From an uncultured Pseudomonadales bacterium (GTDB taxonomy: Bacteria; Patescibacteriota; Microgenomatia; UBA1400; PJMF01): a stretch of 64,000 bases of DNA. The notes beneath the pieces were generated by a model. That model was not told the DNA's origin and did not search any database. It was given only the letters and a program-made list of their open reading frames with translations. How positions within the stretch are numbered: position 1 is the stretch's first letter; each line of letters begins with the position of its first letter. Location: assembly GCA_964491115.1 (NCBI GenBank), contig CAZBEW010000002.1:62-64061 (forward strand), in the 5' to 3' direction. Made by a program: the position numbers and the translations under genes. Positions 26,214-36,140 of this stretch are shown here, piece by piece.

Positions 26214-26930
26214 ATGGCGAAAGGGATTGAACTAGTTGATCTTGCTCAGCAGCCCTGTGTATTTTTGTGGGACTCTAATCAAGAGCAGATCATTAATTTG
26301 GGTCAAGAAGCCCTAGATTGGTGGCAGTGGCATCGCTTGGAATCGGGTAATGAATCTTGGCAATTAATTTATCCCCTTAGAGCTGGTATTTTGCAATCAA
26401 AATGGGCACTGGAACAGGTCTTAGATAATCAGCTTTTTTTTGATCAATTTCGCCTTAAAACAGCCACACGTTTACAAGTGGTGCTTAGTAGTGCCAATAG
26501 TGATTTAGAAAAAGAGTCTATTAAAAATTTATTTGCGCAAAAATTGTTAAAACCGGTGACAATTATAGATCGAGCAGATTTTTTCTATCAGTATTTAGAA
26601 CGCAAACAAGATTATTCTAAATTAAAACTAATTATTGACTTAAATTTAGATTTTGCTGAATTATCTTTATTTTTACTAGATAAGAAATTGAAAACCCAGC
26701 ATTTGCCATTCACCGAAAATTCTAGTGAAGCAGTCTTAATTAAACGTCTGCAAAGTGCCGTTGATAGATTTATTTTAAATGTGCCAAGCCAGTTATTTCA
26801 GGAGAAGTGGCAGTATTTTTATTTTTTTATGCATCCTGCGATCAATAACAACTCAATCGTTGATGATTTAAGTCAGCACTTAAAAATGGAAGGGATTCTT
26901 AATCAAGAACCTTTGGCTGCTTATGTTTAA
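26214..26930 (+). CDS. hypothetical protein upstream of mreC
   Basis: 238-aa ORF overlapping mreC start by 8 nt. No actin-like (MreB) motifs seen. Confidence 0.45.
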   Translation: MAKGIELVDLAQQPCVFLWDSNQEQIINLGQEALDWWQWHRLESGNESWQLIYPLRAGILQSKWALEQVLDNQLFFDQFRLKTATRLQVVLSSANSDLEKESIKNLFAQKLLKPVTIIDRADFFYQYLERKQDYSKLKLIIDLNLDFAELSLFLLDKKLKTQHLPFTENSSEAVLIKRLQSAVDRFILNVPSQLFQEKWQYFYFFMHPAINNNSIVDDLSQHLKMEGILNQEPLAAYV

Positions 26931-27690
26931 TTATCCGAAAATTACTCGCTATTTTTTTGTCACTGTTTTATTAATTTTTATTTTTTTATTGGATTTTTTG
27001 GGCTTGTTAAAGCTTTCTGCTCTGCGGAATGGAGTAATTGATTGGCAGGCAAAAAATTATCAAGCAATGCAGGTTCTGACTCAACCTCTTGCTCAATTAC
27101 GCCAAATGTGGCAATTGAGAGAAAAACTAGAGGATTTGGAATATCGTTATCGAGAGGCTTCAGTGCAACTCACTGAACTTGAAGCCTTGCGCGAAGAAAA
27201 TCAAGCCTTAAGAAATCTTTTAGAAAACACCGATCAAGTTCATAAAACAAGTTTTATTACTCGACCAATTAGCTCTTTTGCTAAGCCGGTTTTATCTATT
27301 GGCAGCGATAGTGATTTACAAGTTGGTTCGGTAGTTTTGGGCGAGGGAAATTTATTAGGTATTATTGAAGAATTGGGCAAGCAACAAGCTCGCGTACTAT
27401 TACTCAAAGACATGCAAACTCAGGGAGTAGTTGCCAAGACAGAATCTGGTGTCAAAGGCATAGTGAAAGGAGATGGTAAGGATATTTTACTTACTGAAGT
27501 TTTGAGCGAGGCCGAACTAAATTTACGAGAACGAGTGGTGACTATTGGGCAAGAGGGCATTGGTCCAGACATTTTTATTGGGCGAATTGTCAGTTTACAG
27601 GAACAAGATCAAGCAAAATCTACTCAAACTGCCATTTTGCAACAAGATGTTAATTTTTATGAATTAAGTTTGGTTGAGGTCCAGCCATGA
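26923..27690 (+). CDS. mreC: rod shape-determining protein MreC-like
   Basis: N-terminal TM, coiled-coil (LREENQALRNLLEN), beta-rich C-domain (GSVVLGEGNLLGII...GIGPDIFIGRIVSL). Gene order mreC-mreD-PBP2. Confidence 0.7.
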   Translation: MFNYPKITRYFFVTVLLIFIFLLDFLGLLKLSALRNGVIDWQAKNYQAMQVLTQPLAQLRQMWQLREKLEDLEYRYREASVQLTELEALREENQALRNLLENTDQVHKTSFITRPISSFAKPVLSIGSDSDLQVGSVVLGEGNLLGIIEELGKQQARVLLLKDMQTQGVVAKTESGVKGIVKGDGKDILLTEVLSEAELNLRERVVTIGQEGIGPDIFIGRIVSLQEQDQAKSTQTAILQQDVNFYELSLVEVQP

Positions 27691-28130
27691 TTTATTTAAA
27701 CTACATATTGCAAGTTATTTTTTTACTAATTTTATTGAGTATTGAATCGACTTTGGCAACGCCAATTTTTACTCTTTATTTGCTTTTTAAGCTCCTGGAT
27801 AGATTTAATACTCGAGATGATCGCAGTTTTTATTATTTAATTGCCTCATTATTGTTGCTGAGTTTTTGCTTGGCTTTATTCTATCAACTGGGGATCAGTG
27901 TCTGCATTGTGCTAGTTTTTCTTTATTATTATTTGCGCAGTGTGTTTGGTAGCAAAATGTTTAGTAAAAATTTTCAACAATGGCAAATTTTACAATTCAG
28001 CTTATTCGCAGTTTTGCAAATAGCGATCTATTTTTTATCAGGTTTAAGCTTTAATGGCTTTATGTTGGCACAAGGTTTGCTTGTGCTAATTTTACTGATT
28101 TATAGAACCATCAAAATCAACAGGCTATGA
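27687..28130 (+). CDS. mreD: MreD-like small membrane protein
   Basis: 147 aa with 4-5 TM helices, positioned between mreC and the PBP2 gene with 4-nt overlaps on both sides. Confidence 0.5.
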   Translation: MIYLNYILQVIFLLILLSIESTLATPIFTLYLLFKLLDRFNTRDDRSFYYLIASLLLLSFCLALFYQLGISVCIVLVFLYYYLRSVFGSKMFSKNFQQWQILQFSLFAVLQIAIYFLSGLSFNGFMLAQGLLVLILLIYRTIKINRL

Positions 28131-29977
28131 AAAGCACAAGTTTTAGCGAGCGAGATCAAAAGAAGTTATTTGCTTTTTTCGTGATTTTTTTCGTGATTTT
28201 TTGTCTTTTATTATTACGTTTAGTTGATCTGCAACTAGTACGAGGTCAAGAATTAGCAAAATTAGCCGAGCAAAACAGATATTTTTCAAAAAAATATGTG
28301 CTGGAGCGGGCATTGATTTTTGATCGTTTTCAAGAGCCTTTATTAAAAAATCGACCCAATTATTATTTATTGACCGATCAAGACCAACTTTACAGTCAAC
28401 AACAATTAATTGACTACGATCAAGCCTTGTCGCTGATTGCCACTGATAGTGCCAAAATTACTCAAGATTTTTCTAGAGTATATTTACATCCACAGGCGCT
28501 TGCTCATGTGCTGGGTTATGTGACTGGCGTGACGGCTGAGGATTTATTGGTCAATCAAGGTTTGAATTTTGCTGAGCAGTTTGGTCGAACAGGCTTAGAA
28601 GCCTATTTTGACACGCCTTTGAGATCAAAATTAGGCACCGAGGTTTTTGAAGTAGATGCTTTAGGCAAAAAACAACAGTTGGTCAGCAAAACTGAAGCTG
28701 TTTTTGGTAATAGTCTTAATACCAGTCTTGATCCCTTATTGTCTGAAGTAGCTTACAAGGCCATGGCAGATAGAAAAGGCGCTGTGGTGATTATGGATGC
28801 TAAAACTGGCCAAGTTTTAAGCTTGCTGAGTAGTCCTAGTTTTGATCCTAATTTATTTGAAGAGTTGCGTTTAGCCAGTGTAGCTAAGCAAAAAAATACT
28901 GCGGCTCAAGAACAAATGACTGAACAATTAACGGATGATCGTCAGTTATTTTTTAATCGAGCTGTGAGTGGCAATTATCCTCCAGGTTCTGTTTTTAAAG
29001 TAGTGACAGCTTTGGCCGCTTTAGAGGAGGGGGTGCTCAATGCCACTAGCACGGTTGTTGATGAGGGAATTCTGGAAGTTGGTGATTATCAGTACGCTAA
29101 TTGGTATTACACGCAATATGGTCAGGTTGAAGGCGCGATTAATATTGTCCGGGCACTGGTGCGCAGTAATGATATCTTTTTTTATAAAGCGGCAGAATTA
29201 GTGGGTCCACAAAAACTGGCCGATTATTCTCGATTGTTGGGTTTGGGTCAGCCAGTCGGCATTGAATTGCCTAGTGAAGCTTCTGGTTTAGTACCAGATC
29301 CAGCCTGGAAAGAAGCGCGTTTGGGCGAAAAATGGTTTTTAGGAAACACCTATCATTTTGGCATTGGACAAGGAGATTTGTTGGTTTCTCCTTTGCAAAT
29401 TACTCAAGTTTTTCAAGCCATTAATAATAATGGTGTTTTGTGTCGAGCGACCTTGCTTCTTGATCAGCAAGACTGTCATGACTTAGCCCTGCGCCAAGAG
29501 AATTTAGACTTAATTAATCAAGCTCTATTGGGGGTTGCCCAAGACGGAGGCACAGCTTTTCCTTTATTTGACTATAATCGTTTGCTGACTGCGACTTTAA
29601 AACAACGCCTGGGAGAGGAGACCTTTAATCAATTGAGTGCTCAGGAAAAGATTCGAGCAGGCATGATTGCTGGTAAAACCGGCACATCAGAGTTTGGTAG
29701 CGCCAATCAACAGGGTTATCGAGCCACTCACGCTTGGTTTTCGAGCGCGGTTGGCCTAAATAAGCCATTAATTTTAGATCATTGGCAAGAATTAGGTTTA
29801 GAAGCGGCCAGTCCTGAACAAGAATATTGGTTAAAAGCCTTGGAAAACGATCTATTGCCAGAAGAATTAATTATTACAGTGTTAGTAGAGAGTGATGGAG
29901 AAGTGGTTTATCGTGAAGGATCGGCTGATGCCGCGCCAATTGTCAGAGAAATTTTAAAATGGATGACTGGTTTTTAA
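28127..29977 (+). CDS. mrdA: penicillin-binding protein 2 (class B transpeptidase)
   Basis: N-terminal TM; SxxK motif PPGSVFKVVTALAALEEG; KTGT motif AGKTGTSEF; dimerisation domain VRGQELAKLAEQN. Confidence 0.85.
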   Translation: MKSTSFSERDQKKLFAFFVIFFVIFCLLLLRLVDLQLVRGQELAKLAEQNRYFSKKYVLERALIFDRFQEPLLKNRPNYYLLTDQDQLYSQQQLIDYDQALSLIATDSAKITQDFSRVYLHPQALAHVLGYVTGVTAEDLLVNQGLNFAEQFGRTGLEAYFDTPLRSKLGTEVFEVDALGKKQQLVSKTEAVFGNSLNTSLDPLLSEVAYKAMADRKGAVVIMDAKTGQVLSLLSSPSFDPNLFEELRLASVAKQKNTAAQEQMTEQLTDDRQLFFNRAVSGNYPPGSVFKVVTALAALEEGVLNATSTVVDEGILEVGDYQYANWYYTQYGQVEGAINIVRALVRSNDIFFYKAAELVGPQKLADYSRLLGLGQPVGIELPSEASGLVPDPAWKEARLGEKWFLGNTYHFGIGQGDLLVSPLQITQVFQAINNNGVLCRATLLLDQQDCHDLALRQENLDLINQALLGVAQDGGTAFPLFDYNRLLTATLKQRLGEETFNQLSAQEKIRAGMIAGKTGTSEFGSANQQGYRATHAWFSSAVGLNKPLILDHWQELGLEAASPEQEYWLKALENDLLPEELIITVLVESDGEVVYREGSADAAPIVREILKWMTGF

Positions 29978-29992
29978 TTTTCTCTAATTTTT

Positions 29993-30022
29993 TCAATGTC
30001 AAAATTTTCAATGTCAAAATTT
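29993..30022. repeat. 15-bp tandem duplication ttcaatgtcaaaatt x2 (+ partial) upstream of dprA
   Basis: Read directly; tgtcaaa recurs five times between 29990 and 30035. Confidence 0.55.
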
Positions 30023-30044
30023 TGTCAAACTTTATTGGCACAAT

Positions 30045-31196
30045 GTGTGCATGCAACAATTTAGCAAAAGTCATTTAACGGCTTTGTGGTCAGTCACTGG
30101 TATTGGTCGGCAAAGTTTTCAGCGTTGTTTATCAGCACAAAAGAAGGCCCAAATCTCTGACGAAGAGTTTTGGGTAAATGCCGAGCAGGTTTGGCAAAAA
30201 GCACTACTAACAAAAAAGCAAGAAGAGTCAATAAAAAAGTTCAAAAAAGAACACAATTATACAGATTACTATCAAGATTTAAAAAAAAAGAAAATTCGGG
30301 TCTTATTGGATCGGGAAGCAGCCTATCCAGCTTTGCTAAAAAGTGCGGAACATCATCCGCCAGTTTTATTTGTCAAAACTCATCAGGAACTAAACAAAGC
30401 TTATTGGCAAAATTTCTTTTTAGCGGTGGTTGGCACCAGGCGTATTACTACTTATGGTTGCTTCATTATCAAAACTTTATTGCGTGATATTTTGCTGGCT
30501 AGTCAAGCAAAACTGGTATCTGGTTTCATGTACGGAGTCGATGTAGAAGCCATGAAAATTGCTCATCAGCTAAGTCAAACCCTAGGGGTTTTAGGTTATG
30601 GCTTTAATTACTGTTACCCAAGACAACAGCAAGCGCTGATGGATAAAATGTTAGAAGAAGGAGCAGTGTTTATTAGTGAATATCCGCCGACAGTACAGGC
30701 TAGCGCTGGCAGTTTTGTGCAAAGAAATCACATTATTGCTGGTTTATCTCAAGCAGTCTTGCTCATTGAAGGAGCTGAAAAAAGCGGTAGCTTGTTAACT
30801 GCTCAAGCCGCCATTGATGAAGGACGACCGGTTTTGGCTGTGCCCGGTGCAATTAGCAATCCTTATTCAGTGGCTTGTCATCACTTAATTAGAGAGGGAG
30901 CTAATTTAGTCAGCAGTGTCGAGGATTTTTACCTAGCTTTAAATTTAAAAAATAAAAACCAGGCAAAGCAGGAAACTAGCGCCTCTGCCTTAAAATCTTC
31001 TTTAGCAAAATTAAAACTTTCAGCTCAAGAAGAAAAAATTCTCGCTGTTTTAAGCAATCGGGGCACAGCTCTCTCTTTTAATGAGTTAATTACCCAAACT
31101 CAATACGAAACCGCTCAATTGGCAGAATATTTATTAAATTTACAAATTAAGCAAATTATTCAACAAGAAGGACAAAATTATATCTTCAAAAACTAA
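30045..31196 (+). CDS. dprA: DNA processing protein DprA (Smf)
   Basis: VVGTRRITTYG, GVDVEAMKIA, VQRNHIIAGLSQAVLLIEGAEKSGSLLTA; C-terminal winged-helix extension. Confidence 0.85.
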   Translation: MCMQQFSKSHLTALWSVTGIGRQSFQRCLSAQKKAQISDEEFWVNAEQVWQKALLTKKQEESIKKFKKEHNYTDYYQDLKKKKIRVLLDREAAYPALLKSAEHHPPVLFVKTHQELNKAYWQNFFLAVVGTRRITTYGCFIIKTLLRDILLASQAKLVSGFMYGVDVEAMKIAHQLSQTLGVLGYGFNYCYPRQQQALMDKMLEEGAVFISEYPPTVQASAGSFVQRNHIIAGLSQAVLLIEGAEKSGSLLTAQAAIDEGRPVLAVPGAISNPYSVACHHLIREGANLVSSVEDFYLALNLKNKNQAKQETSASALKSSLAKLKLSAQEEKILAVLSNRGTALSFNELITQTQYETAQLAEYLLNLQIKQIIQQEGQNYIFKN

Positions 31197-31349
31197 GCTC
31201 CATTTGCTTTTTTTTCTATAATCATCTTAAAATGGGGGCTGAGTTTGCATTGCTCACTATAATACAAAGAGAGTAGAATAAACTTTTTAGAAATAAATGA
31301 TGAGTTTAGGAGTAAACAAGGAATTTAGGAATAAACAACGAGGATAATT

Positions 31350-33644
31350 ATGAATTTAGTGATTGTTGAATCACCGACCAAGGCCAGAAAACTCAAAACT
31401 TACTTGGGTAAAGACTTTACTGTAGAAGCCTCAATCGGTCATGTGCGCGATTTGCCAAAAAAGAATCTAGGCATTAATTTGGAAAATAATTATGAAGCGC
31501 TATATGAGGTTAGTAGTGACAAAAAAAAGATTGTTAATAAATTAAAAAAATTAGCTAAAGAAGCTAAAGTTGTTTATTTGGCCATGGATCCAGATCGAGA
31601 AGGAGAGGCGATTGCTTGGCACATTCAGTATTTGCTAGAAAATGATCAGCAGGGCAAAAAAAAGAAAAGCACTGCAAACACCTTTTTGCGTTCGATTTTT
31701 TATGAAATTACCAAGCCCGCAGTCTTAAAAGCAATTGAGCAACCGACGCAACTGAATTTAAATTTAGTTGATGCTCAACAAGCCAGAAGAATTTTAGATC
31801 GCCTGGTGGGCTATAAAGTGTCGCCGGTGTTATGGAAAAAAGTGAGACGTGGTTTATCAGCGGGTCGAGTGCAATCAGTGGCATTGCGCTTAATTGTTGA
31901 GCGAGAAAAAGAAATTCAAGCTTTTCAAAGTGAAGAATATTGGGAATTTGTGGTAGCACTCACTCTTCCTGATTCTTTTAGCCAAGAAGAATTAGCAAAG
32001 TGGCAAGAAGCAGGTCGAATTTTTAGTGATAATAAAGAGCAAACAAATTTACCAAAAGAAATTGTTTCCTTTACTGTTGAAAAACTAGCTGATAAGAAAT
32101 TAGTCATCAAAAATCAAGCTGAAGCAGATCAAGTTGTGAAAGACTTAGCAAGAGCTCAATATCAAGTTAAAGAAGTCAAACAAGTAGAAAAAAGGCGTCA
32201 AAGTTTGCCTCCTTTTACTACTTCTTTACTTCAGCAAGCAGCAGCTACTCGTTTTGGTTTTAGTGCCAAACAAACAATGAGTTTAGCTCAACGTCTTTAT
32301 GAAGAGGGTTTAATTACTTATCATCGTACCGATGCTTTTTATCTAGCCAAAAGTGCTCAAGAGGCTGCTCGTCAATATATAGCGCAAAACTTTGGCCCAA
32401 ATTATATTCCCGATAAACCGCGCTTTTTTAGTAAAAAGAATAAAAATTCTCAAGAAGCTCATGAGGCAATTAGAGCGACAGATTTGGGCATTACTCAAGA
32501 CAATATTAGCCAACACGCTGCTCAATTAAGCGCTAATCATATTAAATTATATGATTTAATATGGCGCCGCTTTGTCGCTTCGCAAATGAGCGAGGCCGTC
32601 TATGATCAAAACACCATTTTGGTCAAAGCGTCGCTTAAAAATAAAGAATATGAATTAAAAGTAGTGGGCTCGGTCATGAAGTTTCCAGGTTGGCAGCGGC
32701 TATTTAGTCAAAAAGATGACTTAATCTTACCAGAATTTACCGTCGGCCAAGATTTAACCTATTTAGCGCAAAATCCTTTACAAAAATTTACCCAAGCACC
32801 AGCTAGATATAATGATGCCTCATTGGTTAAAGAATTGGAAAAAAAGGGTATTGGTCGACCAAGTACTTATGCATCGATTATTTCAGTCATTATCCAACGA
32901 GCTTATGTTGAAAGATTGGAGCGGAAGTTTTTTGCTACGCCCATTGGTATCACTGTTAGTGATTTTTTGTTAGAACATTTTCAAACCTTAATGGATTATG
33001 ATTTTACCGCGACGATTGAAGCTAGCTTAGATGAAATTGCTGCAGGAAATCAAAGTTGGACAAAAGTAGTTGATGAATTCTATCAACCCTTAGCCAAACG
33101 CATTGATTTAGTGAGCAAGGAAGCCAGTCGAGTAGCAGTGCCAGTAGAAAAAACTGGTGAAAAATGTCCTGAGTGTCTGAAATTAGTCAAAGCAGGTGAG
33201 TTAAAAGTAGAAGAAGTTGGTGAAGTGGTGATTCGTACAGGTCGCTATGGAAAATTTAAGAGTTGTAGTCGCTTTCCTGAGTGTAAATACACGGAAAATT
33301 TAGTGGAAACCCTTGGAGATCAACTCTGTCCACTTTGTCAGCAAGCAAAAATTGTTGTCAAAAACACTCGTTGGGGAAAAATGTTTTATGGTTGTGCTGA
33401 TTATCCCAAGTGCCAGTGGGCTTCTTGGAAAAAGCCAGAGCCAAATTTAAAATTAACTGCTGCTGAGTGGGAAGAAATTCAGGCCAAAAGAGCGGCTTGG
33501 AAAGCAGCACGGAGCAAGGGTAAAACAGCAAAAGCTTCGACTAAGAAAAGTAAAACAAAAACTAAAGCAAAAACTGCTAAAGCAAAGCCTGCAAAAACAA
33601 AAACAGCAAAAGCAACAACTAAGCTACAGAAAAAATCTTCATGA
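31350..33644 (+). CDS. topA: DNA topoisomerase I with C-terminal zinc ribbons and Lys/Ala-rich tail
   Basis: Toprim MNLVIVESPTKARKL...GHVRDLP, active-site region, C4 zinc ribbons (CPECLK..., CPLCQQ...), terminal tail KGKTAKASTKKSKTKTKAKTAKAKPAKTKTAKATTK. Confidence 0.95.
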   Translation: MNLVIVESPTKARKLKTYLGKDFTVEASIGHVRDLPKKNLGINLENNYEALYEVSSDKKKIVNKLKKLAKEAKVVYLAMDPDREGEAIAWHIQYLLENDQQGKKKKSTANTFLRSIFYEITKPAVLKAIEQPTQLNLNLVDAQQARRILDRLVGYKVSPVLWKKVRRGLSAGRVQSVALRLIVEREKEIQAFQSEEYWEFVVALTLPDSFSQEELAKWQEAGRIFSDNKEQTNLPKEIVSFTVEKLADKKLVIKNQAEADQVVKDLARAQYQVKEVKQVEKRRQSLPPFTTSLLQQAAATRFGFSAKQTMSLAQRLYEEGLITYHRTDAFYLAKSAQEAARQYIAQNFGPNYIPDKPRFFSKKNKNSQEAHEAIRATDLGITQDNISQHAAQLSANHIKLYDLIWRRFVASQMSEAVYDQNTILVKASLKNKEYELKVVGSVMKFPGWQRLFSQKDDLILPEFTVGQDLTYLAQNPLQKFTQAPARYNDASLVKELEKKGIGRPSTYASIISVIIQRAYVERLERKFFATPIGITVSDFLLEHFQTLMDYDFTATIEASLDEIAAGNQSWTKVVDEFYQPLAKRIDLVSKEASRVAVPVEKTGEKCPECLKLVKAGELKVEEVGEVVIRTGRYGKFKSCSRFPECKYTENLVETLGDQLCPLCQQAKIVVKNTRWGKMFYGCADYPKCQWASWKKPEPNLKLTAAEWEEIQAKRAAWKAARSKGKTAKASTKKSKTKTKAKTAKAKPAKTKTAKATTKLQKKSS

Positions 33645-34249
33645 AAATCATGATTTTTGGAGGCAGTTTTAATCCGCCTCATCTTGGTCATCAGCAAATA
33701 GTGAATTCAATTTTAGAAGCAGGTTTGAGTGATCAAGTGTGGTATTTACCAGTGGGTAAACATGATTTTTCCAAGAAAATGATTTCTCCAAAACAACGTT
33801 TAGCAATGCTTGAATTAATTTTACCCAAGCGCGGAGAAAAGTTTTTTGGTCAGGTTAAAATTGAAGATTGTGAAATTCGTTATTTTCCAACCAGCTATAC
33901 AGCCAGCACTCTTGATTATCTAAGTCAGCGCTATCCTCAACATCAATTTTCTTTTTTAATGGGCAGTGATAATTTAGCCAAGTTTCATTTGTGGCAAGAT
34001 CAATTGGGGAGAAATTATCAATATTTATTAAAACATTATCCAATTTATGTATATCCAAGAGTCAATTTTCCATTAACCAGCCCGTATCCAGCAATGATTC
34101 TTTTAGCGCAATTTAGCCCGCTTGAGATTTCCTCAACTCAAGTTAGAGAAGCCTTACAAGCTGCCGATAAAAGAGTAAATTTAACAGAACTACTTGATCC
34201 AAAAATTATCAATTACCTGAAACAAAATCACATCTATGCCACAAGCTAA
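33641..34249 (+). CDS. nadD: nicotinate-nucleotide adenylyltransferase
   Basis: IFGGSFNPPHLGHQ (HxGH nucleotidyltransferase motif); 4-nt overlap with the topA stop. Confidence 0.85.
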   Translation: MKIMIFGGSFNPPHLGHQQIVNSILEAGLSDQVWYLPVGKHDFSKKMISPKQRLAMLELILPKRGEKFFGQVKIEDCEIRYFPTSYTASTLDYLSQRYPQHQFSFLMGSDNLAKFHLWQDQLGRNYQYLLKHYPIYVYPRVNFPLTSPYPAMILLAQFSPLEISSTQVREALQAADKRVNLTELLDPKIINYLKQNHIYATS

Positions 34250-34547
34250 ATATCAAGTTTATTACCAGAAAATGATTGATGAACATCGAACTTTATTTGA
34301 TAATTTTGCTAAAATCCATCAACAATTTGAACAAGATCAAAGTCAACACGCAGCAGCTTTTCATCAACTAGGTCAACAAGTAGTAGATGTGGTTCGTGAT
34401 TATGATCGACGCCTCTGTGCTGCCATGGGTCGGGGAGTATATAGTGTTTATGCAGATAAATTGTCTCAGAAGTTTTGGGATTTAGTGAGAAAAGATTTTC
34501 CAAAAATTGATTTAGTCGGCGTTAAAATTAAAAAGGTAGCTGTATAA
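34236..34547 (+). CDS. hypothetical protein
   Basis: 103-aa ORF overlapping nadD end; Q/H-rich; no motif recognised. Confidence 0.35.
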   Translation: MPQAKYQVYYQKMIDEHRTLFDNFAKIHQQFEQDQSQHAAAFHQLGQQVVDVVRDYDRRLCAAMGRGVYSVYADKLSQKFWDLVRKDFPKIDLVGVKIKKVAV

Positions 34548-34591
34548 TAAACAAGTTGGGTCTTTAATCAAAGCTATGGTATAGTTTTTTT

Positions 34592-35152
34592 ATGAAACAA
34601 AACCCGCATATTATTTCCAATCCCTCAGACATCCAAGCCATTGTCGCCAAAGCTAGAAAAAGTGGCAAGAAGATTGTTTTAACTCAGGGCTCTTTTGATT
34701 TAGTGCACATCGGTCACGCGCGATATTGTGAAAAAGCCAAGTCCTTTGGCGATTTATTAATCGTTGGCGTAGATAGCGATCAGAAAGTTAAAGCTCGCAA
34801 AGGCCAGAATCGACCCATTGTTCCTCAAGATGAACGCATGGAAATGCTGACCCATTTACGCAGCGTTGACTATGTAGTTTTGAAAGAAATTACTGATCCA
34901 AAATTTAATTTAATTAAATTAATAAAACCAGACGTATTAGTGGCCACTAAAAACACTTATGACTCTAGCACGATCCAGAAACTAAAATCCTTCTGTGCTA
35001 AGATCATTGTGTTGGAGCCGATGGCAACTACCAGCACCACCGGTAAAATTCGCTTAATGCAAATCGAAACAGTAAACAGCATTAAAGACAAAATAAGCAG
35101 CAAACTAAGCAAAAGCATTGAAGACGTATTAGCCGAATTCAAAGAAGCTTAA
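34592..35152 (+). CDS. cytidylyltransferase-fold nucleotidyltransferase, RfaE domain II (heptose-1-P adenylyltransferase)-like
   Basis: TQGSFDLVHIGHARYCEKAKSFGDLLIVGVDSDQKVKARKGQNRPIVPQDERMEMLTHLRSVDYVV matches the G-x-FD-x-x-H-x-GH ... RP ... VD-x-VV pattern of HldE C-domain/TagD-like enzymes. Confidence 0.65.
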   Translation: MKQNPHIISNPSDIQAIVAKARKSGKKIVLTQGSFDLVHIGHARYCEKAKSFGDLLIVGVDSDQKVKARKGQNRPIVPQDERMEMLTHLRSVDYVVLKEITDPKFNLIKLIKPDVLVATKNTYDSSTIQKLKSFCAKIIVLEPMATTSTTGKIRLMQIETVNSIKDKISSKLSKSIEDVLAEFKEA

Positions 35153-35178
35153 AACGCAAATTGAAAACAAGAAATAAT

Positions 35179-36135
35179 ATGGAAACAGCAATTGCTCTAT
35201 ACATACCCGTTTTACATGAAGGCTATCGCTTATTTTTAGAAAAACATCATCAGAGCAAAAACTTGTTTTTATTTGATCAGCAATTCTTACGCAATTGGCC
35301 AGATTTTGATTATATAAAAAAAGACATTCGAGCACTTGATAGCCAACTAATGAAGCAAGCCATCGAGCAAATTTTTCCGAATTTAGAAATTACAATTATC
35401 AAAGAGCAAAAAGATTGGCAAGAATTTTTACTATGGATCAAAAATAATCAGCGACAGTGGATCCTTAGTAATGATGATTTTGGTCGATATTTAGCTCAAG
35501 AAATTTTGCACGACCAAAAAATTAGCATCAGTTCATATTTTTTACGCTGGGATCGATCAGCTGTTGAACTAGCTCGCCAAGAAAAAACAACAACTAGCCC
35601 AGAAACCCAGTTAGCTGATCGCATAATCGATCAAGCTGGTTTAGAAAAAGAAATGATGAAGGACGCCTTTATCCAGGCTAATTACAGCAATGATTGGTGG
35701 CGTCAAGTTGGAGCCATCTTTGCAAAAGACGGAAAAACATTAATTAGCACTTACAACCAACACTTACCCAGCACCCAAGAACAACATTTTAACGGCGACC
35801 CACGCAGTTTATTTTCATCTGGCGAAGCCATAGAATTAACTAGTTCTATTCATGCAGAAGCGCTCGCTGTCGCTCGCGCCGCCGCTCAAGGCATCGCCTT
35901 AGCTGGCGCAGATTTGTTTGTGACAACCTTTCCTTGCCCAGTTTGTGCCAAACTAATTGCTAAAACAGGCATTAAACGCTTATATTTTAGCGAAGGCTAT
36001 GCTGTTTTAGATGGCTTGGCCGTTTTAAAAAGCGCTGAGATCGAAATTATCCAAGTGCAATTTTCTAAAAAAGAACAAGCAGGGTTATTAAAAACTCAGC
36101 AAACAGCCAGTAATTTAAAAAAACGTTACTCTTAA
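35179..36135 (+). CDS. cytidine/deoxycytidylate deaminase-domain protein with ~160-aa N-terminal extension of unknown function
   Basis: C-terminal half has the zinc-binding signature HAEALAV...FVTTFPCPVCAKLIAKTGIKRLYF (H-A-E ... P-C-x-x-C), as in dCMP deaminase/ComEB. The N-terminal ~160 aa have no match I recognise. An alternative TTG start lies at 35161. Confidence 0.65.
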   Translation: METAIALYIPVLHEGYRLFLEKHHQSKNLFLFDQQFLRNWPDFDYIKKDIRALDSQLMKQAIEQIFPNLEITIIKEQKDWQEFLLWIKNNQRQWILSNDDFGRYLAQEILHDQKISISSYFLRWDRSAVELARQEKTTTSPETQLADRIIDQAGLEKEMMKDAFIQANYSNDWWRQVGAIFAKDGKTLISTYNQHLPSTQEQHFNGDPRSLFSSGEAIELTSSIHAEALAVARAAAQGIALAGADLFVTTFPCPVCAKLIAKTGIKRLYFSEGYAVLDGLAVLKSAEIEIIQVQFSKKEQAGLLKTQQTASNLKKRYS

Positions 36136-36140
36136 ATAAG

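Noticed and set aside
31215-31349. tmRNA-like start (gggggctgag...) in the dprA-topA spacer
   Set aside because: No tRNA-like 3' domain (T-arm plus CCA-proximal acceptor) and no tag-peptide reading frame. Only the first few nucleotides resemble the tmRNA 5' end.
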